Assembly: GCA_050084985.1 (NCBI GenBank)
Contig: JBITNC010000001.1
Location: 153,884,001-153,948,000, forward strand
Length of the DNA: 64,000 nt
Source of the DNA: Nageia nagi
Lineage: Eukaryota; Plantae; Pinophyta
Direction of reading: 5' to 3'
Shown: piece after piece, positions 12,874 to 27,200 of the stretch
Position numbering within the stretch: the stretch's first letter is position 1
Layout: every line of letters begins with the position of its first letter
The notes under the pieces: model-generated
Seen by the model: only the letters and a program-made list of their open reading frames with translations
What the model was told of the DNA's origin: nothing
The model's database searches: none
Translations under genes and position numbers: made by a program

Positions 12874-14170
12874 TGTGAGGACTCAAAATGAAACTCAAAC
12901 CAAATATTAGTAACAATAATCAAAACCAATAAACTAGGGCTGCCAACACCCTCAACAATGCATCCACAACACCAACGTTGGGCTTCTAGGGCACCAAATA
13001 CATATAGAATGCTGGTGTCAACCCTCCAAGGCTTCCAAACACACTACACACCCAACAAATGCTCACAATGATGATTATACAAGTCTACAACATCAACGAT
13101 GGCCACAATATGGAAAAACAACATAAACAAATGCCACAAACACACATGAACAATACAATACTAAGATCCAATGCCCAACAACTTGTATTATGATATAAGA
13201 TAAAATACAATACAAACCCTGGCTCTCAGAGCTAGACGTTGGCCTCCAAGGAGCCAACTAGGGCACAACAATATGAAACCTTCATTGAAATGCTACCGAA
13301 CCATGAGATAGACACATTCCCTCAGACTTTGAATCCTCTCCACTGAAGGAGCCCTCCTCAAACCCTAGATATCAACTAAAGGAAGAATTGTATTCTCAAA
13401 ATGCCACCAGATGGGCTTGGTGACCCACCAAAGTCATAGATAGTCAAGATCCCAATGCCTGCCTACCCTCTAGACAACTCACCTAGGAAGAGTTGCTTAG
13501 TACCGCTAAGAGTTGTTGCCCAAAGGTCTAGTATTAGTGTATAATAATCAAGTGGTGCTCAATAATGAGCCTCATATATCTATTTATACCTTTCTCATGT
13601 TCGTAACTTGCCTTAGAATCATTCCAATTCACTTAAAGTGCCAACATGGGGGTCATAGCCATGTAATATGCCATCATGGGGGCCATGACCACATTAAATG
13701 CCAACATGGGGTCCTAGAGCTCTTATGGGTTAACATGGGGGTGTGGGGACCTCCCCAAGCTAGCTCTAGCATCCTGATGGCTGTCTAGCATGATAAAGTA
13801 CACATCTACCTTGGGATTCTCACAATCCAGGATCTCCAATACAAAACATGATTATTCTACTACTCAGGAAGGAGACATCCCACTTGGGCTTCACAATGGG
13901 GTCCACAGGACCCATAAAACTCCTATGTTGAGTTTACAACAATAAACTACAAATACATGAAAGGAATATAATACAATATGACCCAACAGGTCCCATCAGA
14001 ACTATAAGGGGGACATCACAAAGCCTTCCCTCTCGAATTGCTTTCCCTTAAGCAATTGCAAGAGATCACAACATTCAGTCTCCCATGCATCATCAGGAGC
14101 TATCAACCGAAGCACATGGTGGTGGAATGCAACTTCAATATGCACCATGTCGGACGGTGGTGTAGAGTGA

Positions 14171-15360
14171 TGTGACATCCCATTTGGACCATTGACAAAT
14201 TGTGTTATGGTTACTTTTTAATCTAGTGTTTGTTCATTGTCATGTTGTACATGTGTAACTCAAGTGGGAGCTTATGGTCTATGGACCCTATGAGCCCAGT
14301 AATGGGACATCTCCTCTTGAGTAGTGTTGTTAGTTTGTAATAGGTTATCCCAAATTGTGGGAATCCCTAGATAGGTATGAATCTTGCATAGGCCAGGTGC
14401 ATGGAGAAGCATAGCAGTGTTGGGAGGGCCCCACATACCCCATGCTGGCTTATGAAGCCACCTAGACCCCACGTTAGCCTTGAGATGCCCATCAGACCCC
14501 ATGTCAACCTTGAGAGCCTTTATGACCCCCATGCTACAAACTGGGCCGATGGGACCCCACGTTAGCATATTGGGCCAATATGACCCCCACATTGGCATGG
14601 TTGACTTGTTGACCCCAACGTTGGAATAGACTTGGCTTAGGATGATATCGAGACATGATGGATAGACATGGGAGGCTATATATTGAGGATGGAGCTCCAT
14701 GATGAGGTTAGCTATTGATTATACTTCTATTACACTGAACCCGATCAAGCTTGCAAGTCTTGGTGGTGCCAAGCATTCTTCCTAGGTGGTTTCTAGAGGG
14801 TTGATAGGGTTGGAAGCTTGGAACTCTACGACTTAGGTGGGTCACCTAGTCCATCCAGTGGTATTCCAAGGACGAGCTTCTACCTTCAATGGTTAGCCAA
14901 GGTTCAAGGAGACTCCTTCGCAGGAGAGGATTCAGAGTCTGAGGGAGTTGGTCTTTCCTGTGGTGTTCGGCTTGTACAAGGGTTTGGAACCCTAGATCTG
15001 GATATTGAGATCCTCATTGTATAGCATTGCATATCAGAATATAATCCATCTCATTGTGTCTCTCTCCATTGTGTTGTTCATTGATGTGTATGTGTTGTCT
15101 CTTGTATACTGGTGTTGGAATCTCCATTGTGTTGTGTTCATATCTATGAGGCATTCATTAAGGTACCAAGTGTTATTGTGTGCCCTAAAGGGCTGACATC
15201 AAGGTGTAGGGGTTGCAATGAGGCCTTGGCATGCTCATGTATGCATTGTGGGGTGTTAGGGTGCCCTAAGGGCCCAACGTATGTGTGCTAGCTTCATTTG
15301 TCAAGGGTTTGAGTTGCATAGTTGAGATGTTTGTACTAAGAGTGATTTTATATCATCACA
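14171..15360 (+). mobile_element. Solo LTR, 1190 bp (family A), inverted relative to 10453-11709
   Basis: TGTGACATCC...ATCATCACA; perfect TSD AGTGA (14166-14170, 15361-15365). Confidence 0.92.
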
Positions 15361-16532
15361 AGTGATTTACTGGAGCTCCATGCTCCTTTTTTAATGCAAG
15401 TTGCAAACTCTTTGGTTTGTTGTAACTGTCACTCCTTAGTAGATGCTCAGTCATGAATCTCCATAGCCATTGTAGTGTGTGCACACCAAGGTTGAACTAT
15501 ACCTACAAAAACCTAGGAAAGATAATGGTCAATGTAAAACAAGTAGAGCCTAAGCTCCACTCAAGTGGCAAGGTCTCCTCCAAACTCCACTAAGAAAATC
15601 CCAAGCTCCTCACGACCAGTGTGAGGCAAGAAACCATCTCATCCTCCGGCTCTTGAAACCTCCAATCAACCATCCTAGCATCCCCAAGCCTCAACGTAGG
15701 GTGGCCAGCACCATGACATCTCTCAAAAGCAACCCTGATCCTCAACGTGGGGCTCCAATCCTCCTAGATGCCCAACATGGAAAGACAATCCTCCCAAATG
15801 CTCCACGTAGCATGAATCAAAATCAGTCCTCAAGTCTTCCCAATCAATGTGCAAATTTGTGTTCATAGTTAGCAAAAAGATTTCCAACATAGAGTCTTCA
15901 AGTGGTGTGAAGAATGCCATCAAGTCAAAGTTAACAATGCTCAAACCAACATCAAGGCATACAATAACAATACTCCCACTAGCAGTAACCAAAGCATCAT
16001 CAATCTCAATCCTCAATTCATGAAAGACAGCCTTCAGATCATTATCAAAGCATGCAAAGATAGTCCCATGTGCCATGAAAACAACCCTTTTCTCCAACAC
16101 CAAATCTGTCATCATTCTACCCTCAAGAAATGGCATGAATACAGCCCGAAAATCTGTAGGATATGCAGTCCATGAAGTCTCCAATGATGTATTAACAACA
16201 GCTCCTAATTCAAGATTTAAAATGGTAACAATAGTTCTTATGTATTGCTCAATAGTCTCAATCTTCCTAGGAATTGCAATCTGTCTTGTGACAACAGCAA
16301 CCTTTTCATTCTTGCAACATGCAAAAATCACTATGGTTGTTGTCATGACGTCAAACACAGCATCCAAACAAGTGGCAGATGTGGCCTCACACGCAGTCCA
16401 ATCAAACACAATCAACATGTCATCAAGTGCAGCTCCTAAGGCCTGAATGGAATCCCTCAAATCACCTTCCAAAAATGCCAATATTATCCTCTTATCAACA
16501 TCAGCCAATACACTAACATATGCAGCCCATAA

Positions 16533-19500
16533 TGTGATGTTACTTTTATATTTTTTTTTTTCTAGCAAACCCTCAACATAAAAATGTAGAGATAAATTTC
16601 AGCAATAAAACAACTCAGAAATTGCTCATAAAATAACACAAGTATGAGGAGAAATCAGCTAGTATCATATATTAAATATTGCCAAATCAATACAACAGCT
16701 AGAATGGACAAATGGAGTCCTCAAGGAACTCAAAATGCAAATACAAACTCCCACAAGTGGGATGAACTGATCCCAAGGCTGAACTGATGCAAAAACTCCT
16801 CAAAATGACCCCAAATACAAGCATAGGGTTTGGGGCTGCCAATAGGTATGAAACACATGTCACGAATGCTCCCAAAAATGCCACGAACTTCTCACATATG
16901 CCTCTTTTTGTATTTTTGATATTTTACCTACAATCTTGACTCATGGAAACTCTAGGGTTTCAATATTCAATTCTGATATCAACATAACATGCCCAAAATG
17001 GGACTCTCATTTCCTCTTATATGACGAGGTTCTATTTTTGCATTGACATTTCCAAAACCCTAAAATCACTTAAAGCCTTATTTCAACTTTATAACACAAA
17101 GAAATAACAATTAAAACTAATGTTATGTCTCCTAACACATTGCTCCCTTTTTTATTATTTATTTCCTAGGTGAAGGAGAAAAAATTAATTATTTCAATTT
17201 TGGAACATTACAAGTCCACCCTCCTCAAATTGCTTGTCCTCAAGCAATTCCAAAGGTGGATGGTTCAAAATTTCATCAACATTGTACCCAAACTGTCTCA
17301 AACACTTGTGTGTCAAAACCCACTTATTCTTCGTTTCCAAGGCCATTTTGAATGCATAACAAGGCTGATTTTCTGATAACAGCAGTAAAACCATGGTGTT
17401 TTCACTCCCAAAATGTAGCCAAACTGAGTGATTCTCCATCCCTTATAGTCGTACTATGCATGAGCATCAACCAATCAACAATGACCCTGATTGGGCTTTT
17501 GAGAAAGTGGTTGCAATGTAGGTGTAACAGGTCTATTTGCTCTTTCCAACAACCATAAATGACTCACAATCATCTACACTCATGCTTTCATTGTTTCGTA
17601 TCAATGTGCCATACATAAATGAAATGTAGCTATCAATCATACCATGAAAATAGAGACTGAAAATTGTATGTACAGCAGTATTATTACAGTCATATATCCA
17701 TTTTACTCCCCCCCATATGAATTCTAAACCAAGCCAAACATTAGGGACTTCATTAGGAATGTTTTTCTTTACAACACTCAATCTACATACCCTTCCAATG
17801 CCCCTCATGCTGTTGTAGTAACCTTGAACTGAATGTGCATACCATGGATGAATACCTGCTCATAATTTCATGCTCAATCCCAAGACAAATATGACTCTGT
17901 GCTCCCACAACTGAGAATACACCTTCAAAACCAGCCAATGGAAAAAGTGTATAACTCAAATTCATGGCAAAATGAAAGTAAGTTACCTTCCCAAATGTGT
18001 GGAGGTTGGCATCACCACTAGACACCAATTTCTGAAACTTATCAAGTTTCCTATCAACAAGCTCATCAAAATTATGCCCAAAAGAAAATAGTGTGCTGCT
18101 GTCATAAAGAGTAGAATTGAACTTGTACCTGTTTGGAATGTTTCCATGGCTGCCCAAGTCTGAATTTATCTTCTTTTTCCTTCTATAACTGATTAAGGCA
18201 CCTTTACACATGAATTTTTCTGATCTTACATTTTCTAAGTTAAGCAAATGAACATATATGCAATATTTCAACTCATGCATAGCAGTCTCAAATCTTATTG
18301 CATCAAATATCATGCAGTGTACAGCCATATTCATGTGAATTGCATCCATGCTAATTGTCATCAGAACAGTCCAAAACATCTTGCAAAGTGGAGTACAAAA
18401 CATGAAATTGTGCTAATGTTTTGACAACAAGTATGTATAAAACCTTCCTTTGTGCATGGCCAAATAAACTCACAAATCAAATCAGTTTCATGTGTAACTT
18501 CTACAATCTCAAAACTATATGCCATCTTATGCATGTCAATGATCAAATACCAACTTGAAGTCCTCCGATATAGTGTGCTCCAAATCAAACCTGAATTGAA
18601 GATGTACAAGGGCTCCAAAGTGTGCTCAAGAGTTTTCACAAGGGCTACGAACTGTACAAAAGAAGAAAAAATACGATCAAGACTACCCAAGTGCTTCTCC
18701 AAGACCCATGAATTGCTCAAAGTGTCTTCTAACTCCAACAATTTGAAAATGAAATGATCATTTTTCCATCTATAACTATTACACATTCTCAAAATGAAAT
18801 CAGAAGTCATCAAGGCAAAATTATGAACCAATGCATGCCAAGGTTCAACAAGAAGTGCAACCCATTCATCCCATTTGTCTTTCAAACCATGTTCCAAGTA
18901 TGCACAAGTGTCCCAATAATGTGTGGAATTAGTCCCTTTTTTGCTGTTCCAAAACTTCATCAACAAGGCAACTATAATCCCTTGAATACTTTCAGTTATG
19001 ATACATTTTTGTTGGCTATCCCAACTGTCTAAATGGCTGAGAATATCATGTGGGATTGTGAGGTGACAAGTGTACCAATTGTCCTCATTTCCTATTGCTA
19101 TTTTTCTAATTTCTTTATCAGATTCATAGGTTTCCATTAAGGAACCATGGCTGTAGTAAATTTACCTTCACATGAAATATCAAGGAGTTGTCCTCCCTCC
19201 ATGTACTTATAGGAAACCTCCAAAATTTTGCATGCATCTTTGGATGTGTTTTCCTTGATTCCTTGCAGCACCATACCCTTGCCATCAAGCACAAATTTTA
19301 GTTCCAATTTCTGATAATTGGTAACATAATCACTAAGAGACCAAATCCATTGGACTCCCAAAACCATATGAGGCACACCACCCAATGGAAAAACAAAGAA
19401 TTGCTCATCACCCTCATAGTTTCCAAAGCTGATTTTTATATTCTTCATTGCTTTATTGCAAGGAATGAGATCACCAAAGGGTTCAATTTGGAAATCTCTC

Positions 19501-21932
19501 CTAAATCCACTTAAACTGTCACTAACTGAAAATTCTCCAATGCAATTATTATGTACTTCATTGATTTCATTCCCAAAAAGTGTACAAAATGAAGTATTTT
19601 GGGCCTCTTTCAAACATACCTTATGTGAAAGAGTGACATCTCTATCACAAATCTGAATGCAATCAGTCATGCAAGATGAACCATGCTCCAATGTTGAAAT
19701 GTCTTCATTATGTTCTCTTTCAAAATTTTCTATTTGGCCCTCTTCTTTTTTTTCAATGGTGGGAACAACTTTAAAATTTCCTGCACAAATTACCTCAAGC
19801 TCTTCTTTTTGATGGACAATTTTAGTTTTTTCCACATTCCTCCTTACAAACTTGTTCAAAACCCTAACATAAAATTCATCAAATGTATCAATAGCACCAT
19901 GCCCTTGGGTTCCTAACCCATGATGCCACCATGAGTAAGCACTACCCTCAAGGTGGAGTGTAGCAATCTGAACTGCATCAATTTTAGAAATAGGCTCCAA
20001 GGTGAAATAAGTCTACAATTTTTGAAGCCATGCCCTAGTTGTAAGACCATCTTGACCATTAAATGAGGGAATGATCACCTTTTGATGCAATAAGGGTTTC
20101 TTTCTCTTTTTTAGCCTTAACAACAGATTTACCCACAATATTCAAATATTTATCAAAAGAAACTAGTGCCATAAAACCTTCAGATTTATTACTATAAGTA
20201 GCAAACCATTCATCTAATTTATTAGTTACCTCATATTCCTTCAGTAAAGGTGGTGGCACAAGAAACATAGGCTTAGACAATCTAGGCAAGGGAGTGTGTG
20301 AGTTAGATGATGACTCATACCCATTGTTGTAGCCTCTCCTTTCTCTTTCCCTCCTTGTACCATTTGGGTTGCCCAAAGCTGCTCTCAATTCTTGTTGATT
20401 TGTCTCTTGTAAGGAAACCATTCTTTGCAGCATGTCAAGTAGGGCATCAAACTTTTGCTCATTCTCTTTTCTCCTGAATAGTTCCATGATCCATTCTTAG
20501 CAAACATCAACCTTCAAAATCTTATTTGTGCAATTCCTAGAAATAGGTCAAAAATCATAGGAAATACTAGATTTCATATCAAAAAAAAATTCAACATTTT
20601 TTCTGAAGGTGGCAATGAGAAGTAGAGCTTAATGGGTGCTCAAATCTACCTGACAAATACCTCCAACTGACTGAATCTTCAAAAACATCACCTTCCTTTT
20701 TTTTCTCTGAAAAACCCTTCTAAAAGCTTAAAATGGTATGCAAAGCGTTCAAAAATGCTCCTAAGGGTCAGGTACTTGACTTAGCATATTGAATCTAATG
20801 CTAAGAGTCCAAAATCCACCCTAAATGACCCTCTCAAATAGGGTTTCCTGATATGGACGAATTTGAGGTTTCTTTTTCTACTACCAATCAAATCACAAAA
20901 AAACCCTAAATCTGAAATTTTTGAAATCTTACCCAAAAAATTTCTGAAACCACAAATCTGCAATTTGGCGAAAAGGGTATCCAAATCTATAATTTTTATT
21001 TTCACAAAAATAATTCCTAAAAATCTGCAAATCCCCTAAAAATTCGTACTTTTCACTAGGGCGTAAAATTTTTCTACAGAAAAACAATTTTCAACATGGA
21101 TCTGAAATACCCACAAATTTTTTTTGAAAGCCCTAATTTTTATGAAAACCCTAATTCAAAAAAACTCGAAAACCAAAATACCCACAACTGCCAAAAATTA
21201 GAAAGATAGACACTGATCATAGGCTAGCAAGATTCTAGCTCTGATACCACTTGTGATGTTCCTTTTATATATATATATTTTCTAACAAACCCTCAACATA
21301 AAAATGTAGAGATAAATTGCAGCAATAAAACAACTCAGAAATTGCTCATAAAATAACACAAGTGTGAGGAGAAATCAACCAATATCATATATTAAATATT
21401 GCCAAACCAATACAATAGCTGGAATGGACAAATGGAGTCCCCAAGGAACTCAAAATGCAGATACAAACTCCCACAAGTGGAACGAATTGACCCCAAGGCT
21501 GAACTGATGCAAAAACTCCTCAAAATGACCCCAAATACAAGCATACGATTTGGGGCTGCCAACAAGTCTAAAACACGTGTCACAAATGCTCCCAAAAATG
21601 CCACAAACTTCTCACATATGCTCTTTTTGTATTTTTGATAGTTTACTTGCAATCTCAACTCATGGAAACTCTAGGGTTTCAATATTCAATTCTAATATCA
21701 ACATAACATGCCTAAAATGGGACTCTCACTTCCTTTTATATGATGAGGTTCTATTTTTGCATTGACATTTCCAAAACCCTAAAATCACTAAAAGCTTTAT
21801 TTCAACTTTATAACATAAAGAAATAACAATTAAAACTAATGTTATGTCTCCTAACACATTGCTCCCTTTTTTATTATTTATTTTTCTAAGTGTAGGAGAC
21901 AAAACTAATTATTTCAATTTTGGGACATTACA
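16533..21932 (-). mobile_element. Structurally complete 5.4-kb non-autonomous chromovirus derivative (TR-GAG-like); LTRs 16533-17212 and 21252-21932
   Basis: ~680-bp LTR pair with TG..CA ends (15 mismatches in a 240-nt sample, mostly transitions); perfect TSD CATAA; PBS TGGTATCAGAGC (21238-21249, minus); PPT next to 17213. Confidence 0.95.
17194..20487 (-). pseudogene. Gag + partial protease + highly diverged pol-derived frames, disrupted
   Basis: PLPRLSKPMF; RAWLQKL*TYFTL...LEGSAYSWWHHG (Retrotrans_gag); [18 protein letters not shown] (protease C-half, no D-S/G-G seen); tail ILNHPPLELLEDKQFEEGGLVM. No FFDD or DDE motif. Confidence 0.8.
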
Positions 21933-22494
21933 CATAATAAGCAATTGGCAGCCCTCAAACTATCACAAGAGGATGCAACAACAATCCCCTTTACTTTGGC
22001 AACCAATACACTTCCAAGGGCAGACCCAAAAGTGTCAACAAACGCAGCCTCTCTTATGTGAACCACAACTTCAAATTCATCAACTGTGTTAGTCCCATGT
22101 ATGAAAACATCAATGTTTGCTACTTTTCCTCTTGCAACAATCATAACTTTATCAAATGCAGCCCATGATGAGTGGACAACAAATCTCCAACACCTCATGT
22201 GATCATTTGGAACACAACATTCCATACTCATGGCTATAAGTGTCTTCTTTTGTGGACCGAAACTATAAGAGGGAAACCTCCAATGAAGGTGCGAATGATG
22301 TAGCTATCAACAGTCTTTCTTCTTTTTTGTATGCAACTGTTGTTCATGCCACGAAGAAGATTAGTAATCAACCAAACTGAATTGAAGGACAAGTCATACC
22401 TTCCCAAAGCAAGATGCTCATTCTCCAAGCTTAGATCCCTACGGATCCATGGTGTTAAATCTCTCCAAGAGTCTAGACACGAATCTCTCTTCGA

Positions 22495-22840
22495 GGCTCA
22501 ATGTGGGGTGTCATACTCCCTCATAGCTCAACATAGCAAGTGCTACCTCCTCCAATCCCAACATGGGGTGTCGAAATCTCCAAAGGCTCAATGTAGCAAA
22601 AGCTTCCTCCTCCAATCCCAACATAGGGTGACAAACCTCCTCAACCTCCAATGTGGGGTCTCTAGGTTCCCTCAAACCCAACATATGCCATGATGGCTCC
22701 TCCAATCCAATTATGCACACTCCATGCTCCTCATACTGCAATGTAGGACATAGGAGCTCTTCCAACCCTGACATCCCCCCTCCAAGCTCCCCAGAATGCA
22801 ATGTGGGGTGTGGGGACTCCTCCATGAACAACGTAGCTTC
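22495..22840. repeat. Degenerate 30-bp tandem array with CAA(C/T)(A/G)TGGG core, read as a 10-aa repeat on the minus strand
   Basis: Core recurs at ~22498, 22528, 22558, 22588, 22618, 22648 up to 22828; ORF 22511-23101 shows HPMLGLEEEA-type repeats. Confidence 0.85.
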
Positions 22841-24293
22841 TCCTTTGGTTTCTTCCTTGCTAGGCCAATTTTCTTCTCCTTTCTTATCATTATCTCTCAA
22901 AACTAAATATGAAACAAGAATAGCTCTTTCCTCTTTCTTCCCAATATTGTCACTTTCAACAATATCATGCAAAATCTCTGAATTACTGTCATAAAAACCA
23001 TAATCACTTCCATACCTTTTTTGGTGTGTCAACATGGCTGATCCAAGTCTCACAATGAAGCAAAGGATGTTGTAGAGAGTGTGAATTCTCCTTCCAAGCA
23101 ATAGGTAATGCTTCCATCTTGTTACATACTACTTCGAATGTGAGTGAAAGCTTCTATCCACTTCTTTTCTTTAGATCCAAGGGAGTGGCTGCGTCCTTGA
23201 TGCTTCCGGATGGTCTAGATCTAGACGTTGGGGGTATGGCTAGTTTTTCTCTTCCAACGTTGGATTTCCTCTCTGCTGTCACACCGTATCCTAAGAGATT
23301 TTGGTAAACCTAGAAAGTGATGTATCTATGGAATTCTTTGATGGTTCCTTGGTAGATTTGGAGCAAAACTTCGATCCTTGGTGGAGTCTTTTGTGGCAGA
23401 ACAGATCTGGGCTTCCATGTATGTCCTCTCTTCTTGCACATCTTCTCCTCATGTTGTTACCCAAAAACCACAACAGGCTCTCCCTTTCTTCTAGAGAGAT
23501 CTTGTAGTATTCAAATTCTTGAAGTAACTGGTGGTAAACTACCTCGCCATACTCAGATTTCCTCACCCTTACTGTAGATCTAGCTGAAATTTCTCTTTCC
23601 ATTGGTGCCAGTTCTGATTTCTTTATGCAAAATGCAAATCTGATTGAAGCTTCAAAACAACCCTAGCATGAGATCTGAAGTCTTCTAACTAGTCAGGGTA
23701 ATAGATCGAGACCTTTTATACCTAGAAAAGGTCTTCAGATTTGGAAATATATTCTCCAAACCCTAGACAACTTAGTCTAGGAATTCAGAGTTTTCTGAAA
23801 AACTATCGTCTTCACCCCGAAATTGGGTTTTTTAAGTGTAGGACATCCTGATTTGCTGGTTCAATTTGCTTCTAGCTAGAACTAAACCTCATAGGCTGGC
23901 CAAAATCCAGGCTTTGATACAAATTGTGAGGATCCAAAATGAACCTCAAACCAAATATTAGTAATAGTAATCAAAACTAGTAAATTAGGGCTTCCAACAC
24001 CTGCAACAATGCATCCACAACACCAACATTGGGCCTCTAGGGAACCAAATACACATACAATGCTGACATCAGCCCTCCAAGGCTTCCAAACACAATACAC
24101 ACCCAACAAATGCTCACAATAATGATTATACAAGTCTACAACATCAACGATGGCCACAATATTGAAAACCAACATAAACAAATGCCACAAACACACATGA
24201 ACAATACAATACTGAGATCCAATGCCCAATGGCCTGTATTATGATATAAGATGAAATACAATACAAACCCTAGCTCTCAAAGCTGGACGTTGG

Positions 24294-27200
24294 ACTGCTA
24301 GATCTAGACACTAAAGGTTGATGTTTAGGTTCCAAAGCATTGGATCTCATCCGGAGGAGAAACTATTGCAATTATGAGCATCAAACTACAAATGTGGGTT
24401 TTTTAGCGAGTAACATTGGAGATTAGGGCATCAAATTTGCAAATTGGAGGACCTTGAAGGCAAACATTGGGGATCTAGACACTAGATCTCAACCTTGGTA
24501 GAGTTTGTTCAACCTGATTGGCTACATTATCGAGTTTGAAAGATTCAAGGAGGTTTGTCTAGCTTGGTGAGAGCAAAATGAAGACTTCAGAGGAGACGTT
24601 GATCCTTAAGGAGGCTTAACTTGTTAAGGAATATGCAAGATTCAATCACAGGAGCTTGGATGTATGAGATCTTGGCATGCATTGCTAATATTTGGAAATA
24701 TTTTGCACCAGATTCAGAGTTCAAGGCTAGTTGTGTGTAAAAGTTGAGCTTAGATGAGGCACAAATTGAATCAAAGTTGGTTTTCGGGCCTATAACCCAC
24801 AAGCTTGATTAATTTGGCATTTGGACCAGATCATTCACCATCGAGTAAGTTTGAAATTTTAGGAAAACATTAAGGCGTGGGATATGGCTGACTTTCTCAG
24901 GCAATACAAGGAGCAATATGTGGCATTCTAGGACACCATTTCCTTCCTTGACTTCATCAAGAGCACTACTTTTAGAGAAAAGGATGAATGATGTGAGGAA
25001 ATCACTATAGTAGAAGTGATGAAGAGGATGCTTACGAATTAGATGATGAAGGCACAAGTGAAGAAGATGTCATGTTGCAAGAGGGTGATGATGACACACA
25101 TAGACAACAAGTTAAGAAAGAGGATTTCTATGAATCAAATGAAGGAGAACCAGACTTTGAAGCTAAGACAATTTGGGATACTTATTCAGAAATAGTGAAT
25201 GAGAAAGAGATAATAATGATTAATTGCCTTCTTGATCCCTTGATCGAAGAAATTGAAGGAAGTGTTGCCTTGCAAGTGAAGAATGATGAATTGATTGGAG
25301 AAGAAGTTTCCATTAAGAGGATAACTGATAGCCTATTGAGGGATGCAAAATTCAAAGCAGTTGTTTGTGATCAACATTTTGCAACATCTATTGATGGAAG
25401 TATTAACTTCCTCACTCTTGGGTTGGAGAACAATGAGCAAAAACTAACCACTCAAAGATCACAAAGGACGAATTTCAGAGGCTGCATGTAATAAAACCCC
25501 TATAACAAGAGTATGGGACATTTTAGAGTATGGATATACTCCTCTTAATCATCTACACAAGGCCACAATAGATATGAGGTCTGATCTTATTTTGTTCACT
25601 GCTTCTCACATATTCGAAAAGGCTAATGTACTATGCAAACTTTCAGAGTTTATAGAAGAACTTGCTCATGAAAGAAGGGATGAAGGGATGGATGATATGA
25701 TGATAAGGACTATCCATCATGAAAAATCAGATCTGAGATAATCACAACAAAAGGAGTTATTGAATAAAGAAGAGTAGACCTCGTGTACACTCACCTACAA
25801 GACATGATGCTACCACATGGCACCACGGGTTTTGGTCAAGGGAATTTGGACAAGTTACTACATAGAGGTATCAAAGTTTGATCCAAGTAAAGAACAGCAC
25901 AAGGAAAAATTGACATCATTGGAGAAAATTTCTAAGGAAGAAGTAACATTCTCTACTTTAATATCTACTCTCGGCTTCATGATAACACCACCATGGATAG
26001 ACGGACTTGCAATCAAAGTAGTGCAATTGAAACTTGAAGAACTCCTTTCAAGAACAAATTGGGACATTATTAGCTTAGCAAATGTTTTAATATTTCTAGG
26101 GGACAAGCAATTTTGGAGCTGTGGATTTGTAATGTCCCTAATTTATAAAGTTTTACTAATTTTGGTTTTAAGGAGATTTCATCTTCTACAAGCCAAGAAT
26201 GGATGTTTCAACACTTGGAACGGAAAGAGGATTTGTGCCAATCGTTTTGACAGGTTATACGAGTAGGTTTCATCAAAAAAGGAGTTATGGCATTTGGAAG
26301 TTCATCCATTAGGCCAGTCTATTCATATCGCAAGCATGCAAAAATGCATGATTTACTCTCATTTGAGAGTGACATTCATCCTATATGGATGAGCAATAGT
26401 AATTTAGTTTATCTAGGTGTGATTTGTATGTAATTAGGAGTGTTTCCATATTTGTAGTCAATGGTATTTGTAATTATGCCAATAATATGTAATGATGATA
26501 CCAAGGACATTAATGATTGCAAATGCAATATTAGTCTCCATTAATGGGACGTTGCATATTAAGCCTTGATGATTGTAAAACTGGCATTAAAGGATCCTCT
26601 TTTCATTAATGCTCCCCTCTTCAAGTTAGAGCATCCATCTAGATGATTACATTGACTTCAAGGCACTATGAAGATTCCTATGCTTGGACGTGGCACACTT
26701 AGTGAGATACTTGGCATCTTGAGGCATCAAAAGGCTCCCCACACTTGGACATTGGGTTAAGAAAGGCATCTAGACCCCTACATTGAGCATTTGGAATCCC
26801 TAGGACCCCCTATCACACTCTTGAAGGTTTGCTAGCTTGTGGTGTTGATACCAAGGCAAATTGAAGTCTCCCCTTGTTCAACATTGGCATTCTTGACCCT
26901 TGGATGTGATTACTCCCATCCCAAGGCATCCTATCTTGGACATTGGCATTGAGAGCACATTAATCACTCTTGTAAGAATTTAGATAAACTAAATTCAAGA
27001 TTATAACATCAAGCACTTCATCTATAAAAGGAGGAAACCTAGAACACATGAGATATGTTGAATATATGATTAAATCCCCCTTTTCAAATTAAGTGTGAGA
27101 ACTCTATCTTTGCCACTTGTAGGTGCAAGTCTGCATTTGAGGTCTTGAGGTGATTGAAGGCTAGCCTCTTGCTTACTCTATCCATTCAGAAGAGGAACTT

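Larger units (their letters stand above)
12874..24293 (-). mobile_element. Non-autonomous Ty3/Gypsy-derived LTR element (3' LTR 12874-14020; 5' LTR 23925-24293, truncated) hosting two nested insertions
   Basis: Two homologous LTR copies starting tgtgagga on +. PPT (aagccttccctctc on +) at 14021. Degenerate Met PBS (gctttgatacaa) at 23911-23922. Minus-strand tail APDDAWETECCDLLQLLKGKQFEREGFVMS. Internal frames lack RT, RNaseH and integrase motifs. Confidence 0.8.

Noticed and set aside
19135-19139. TAATG stop-start translational coupling
   Set aside because: Equally explained by a frameshift in a decaying polyprotein frame; no independent support
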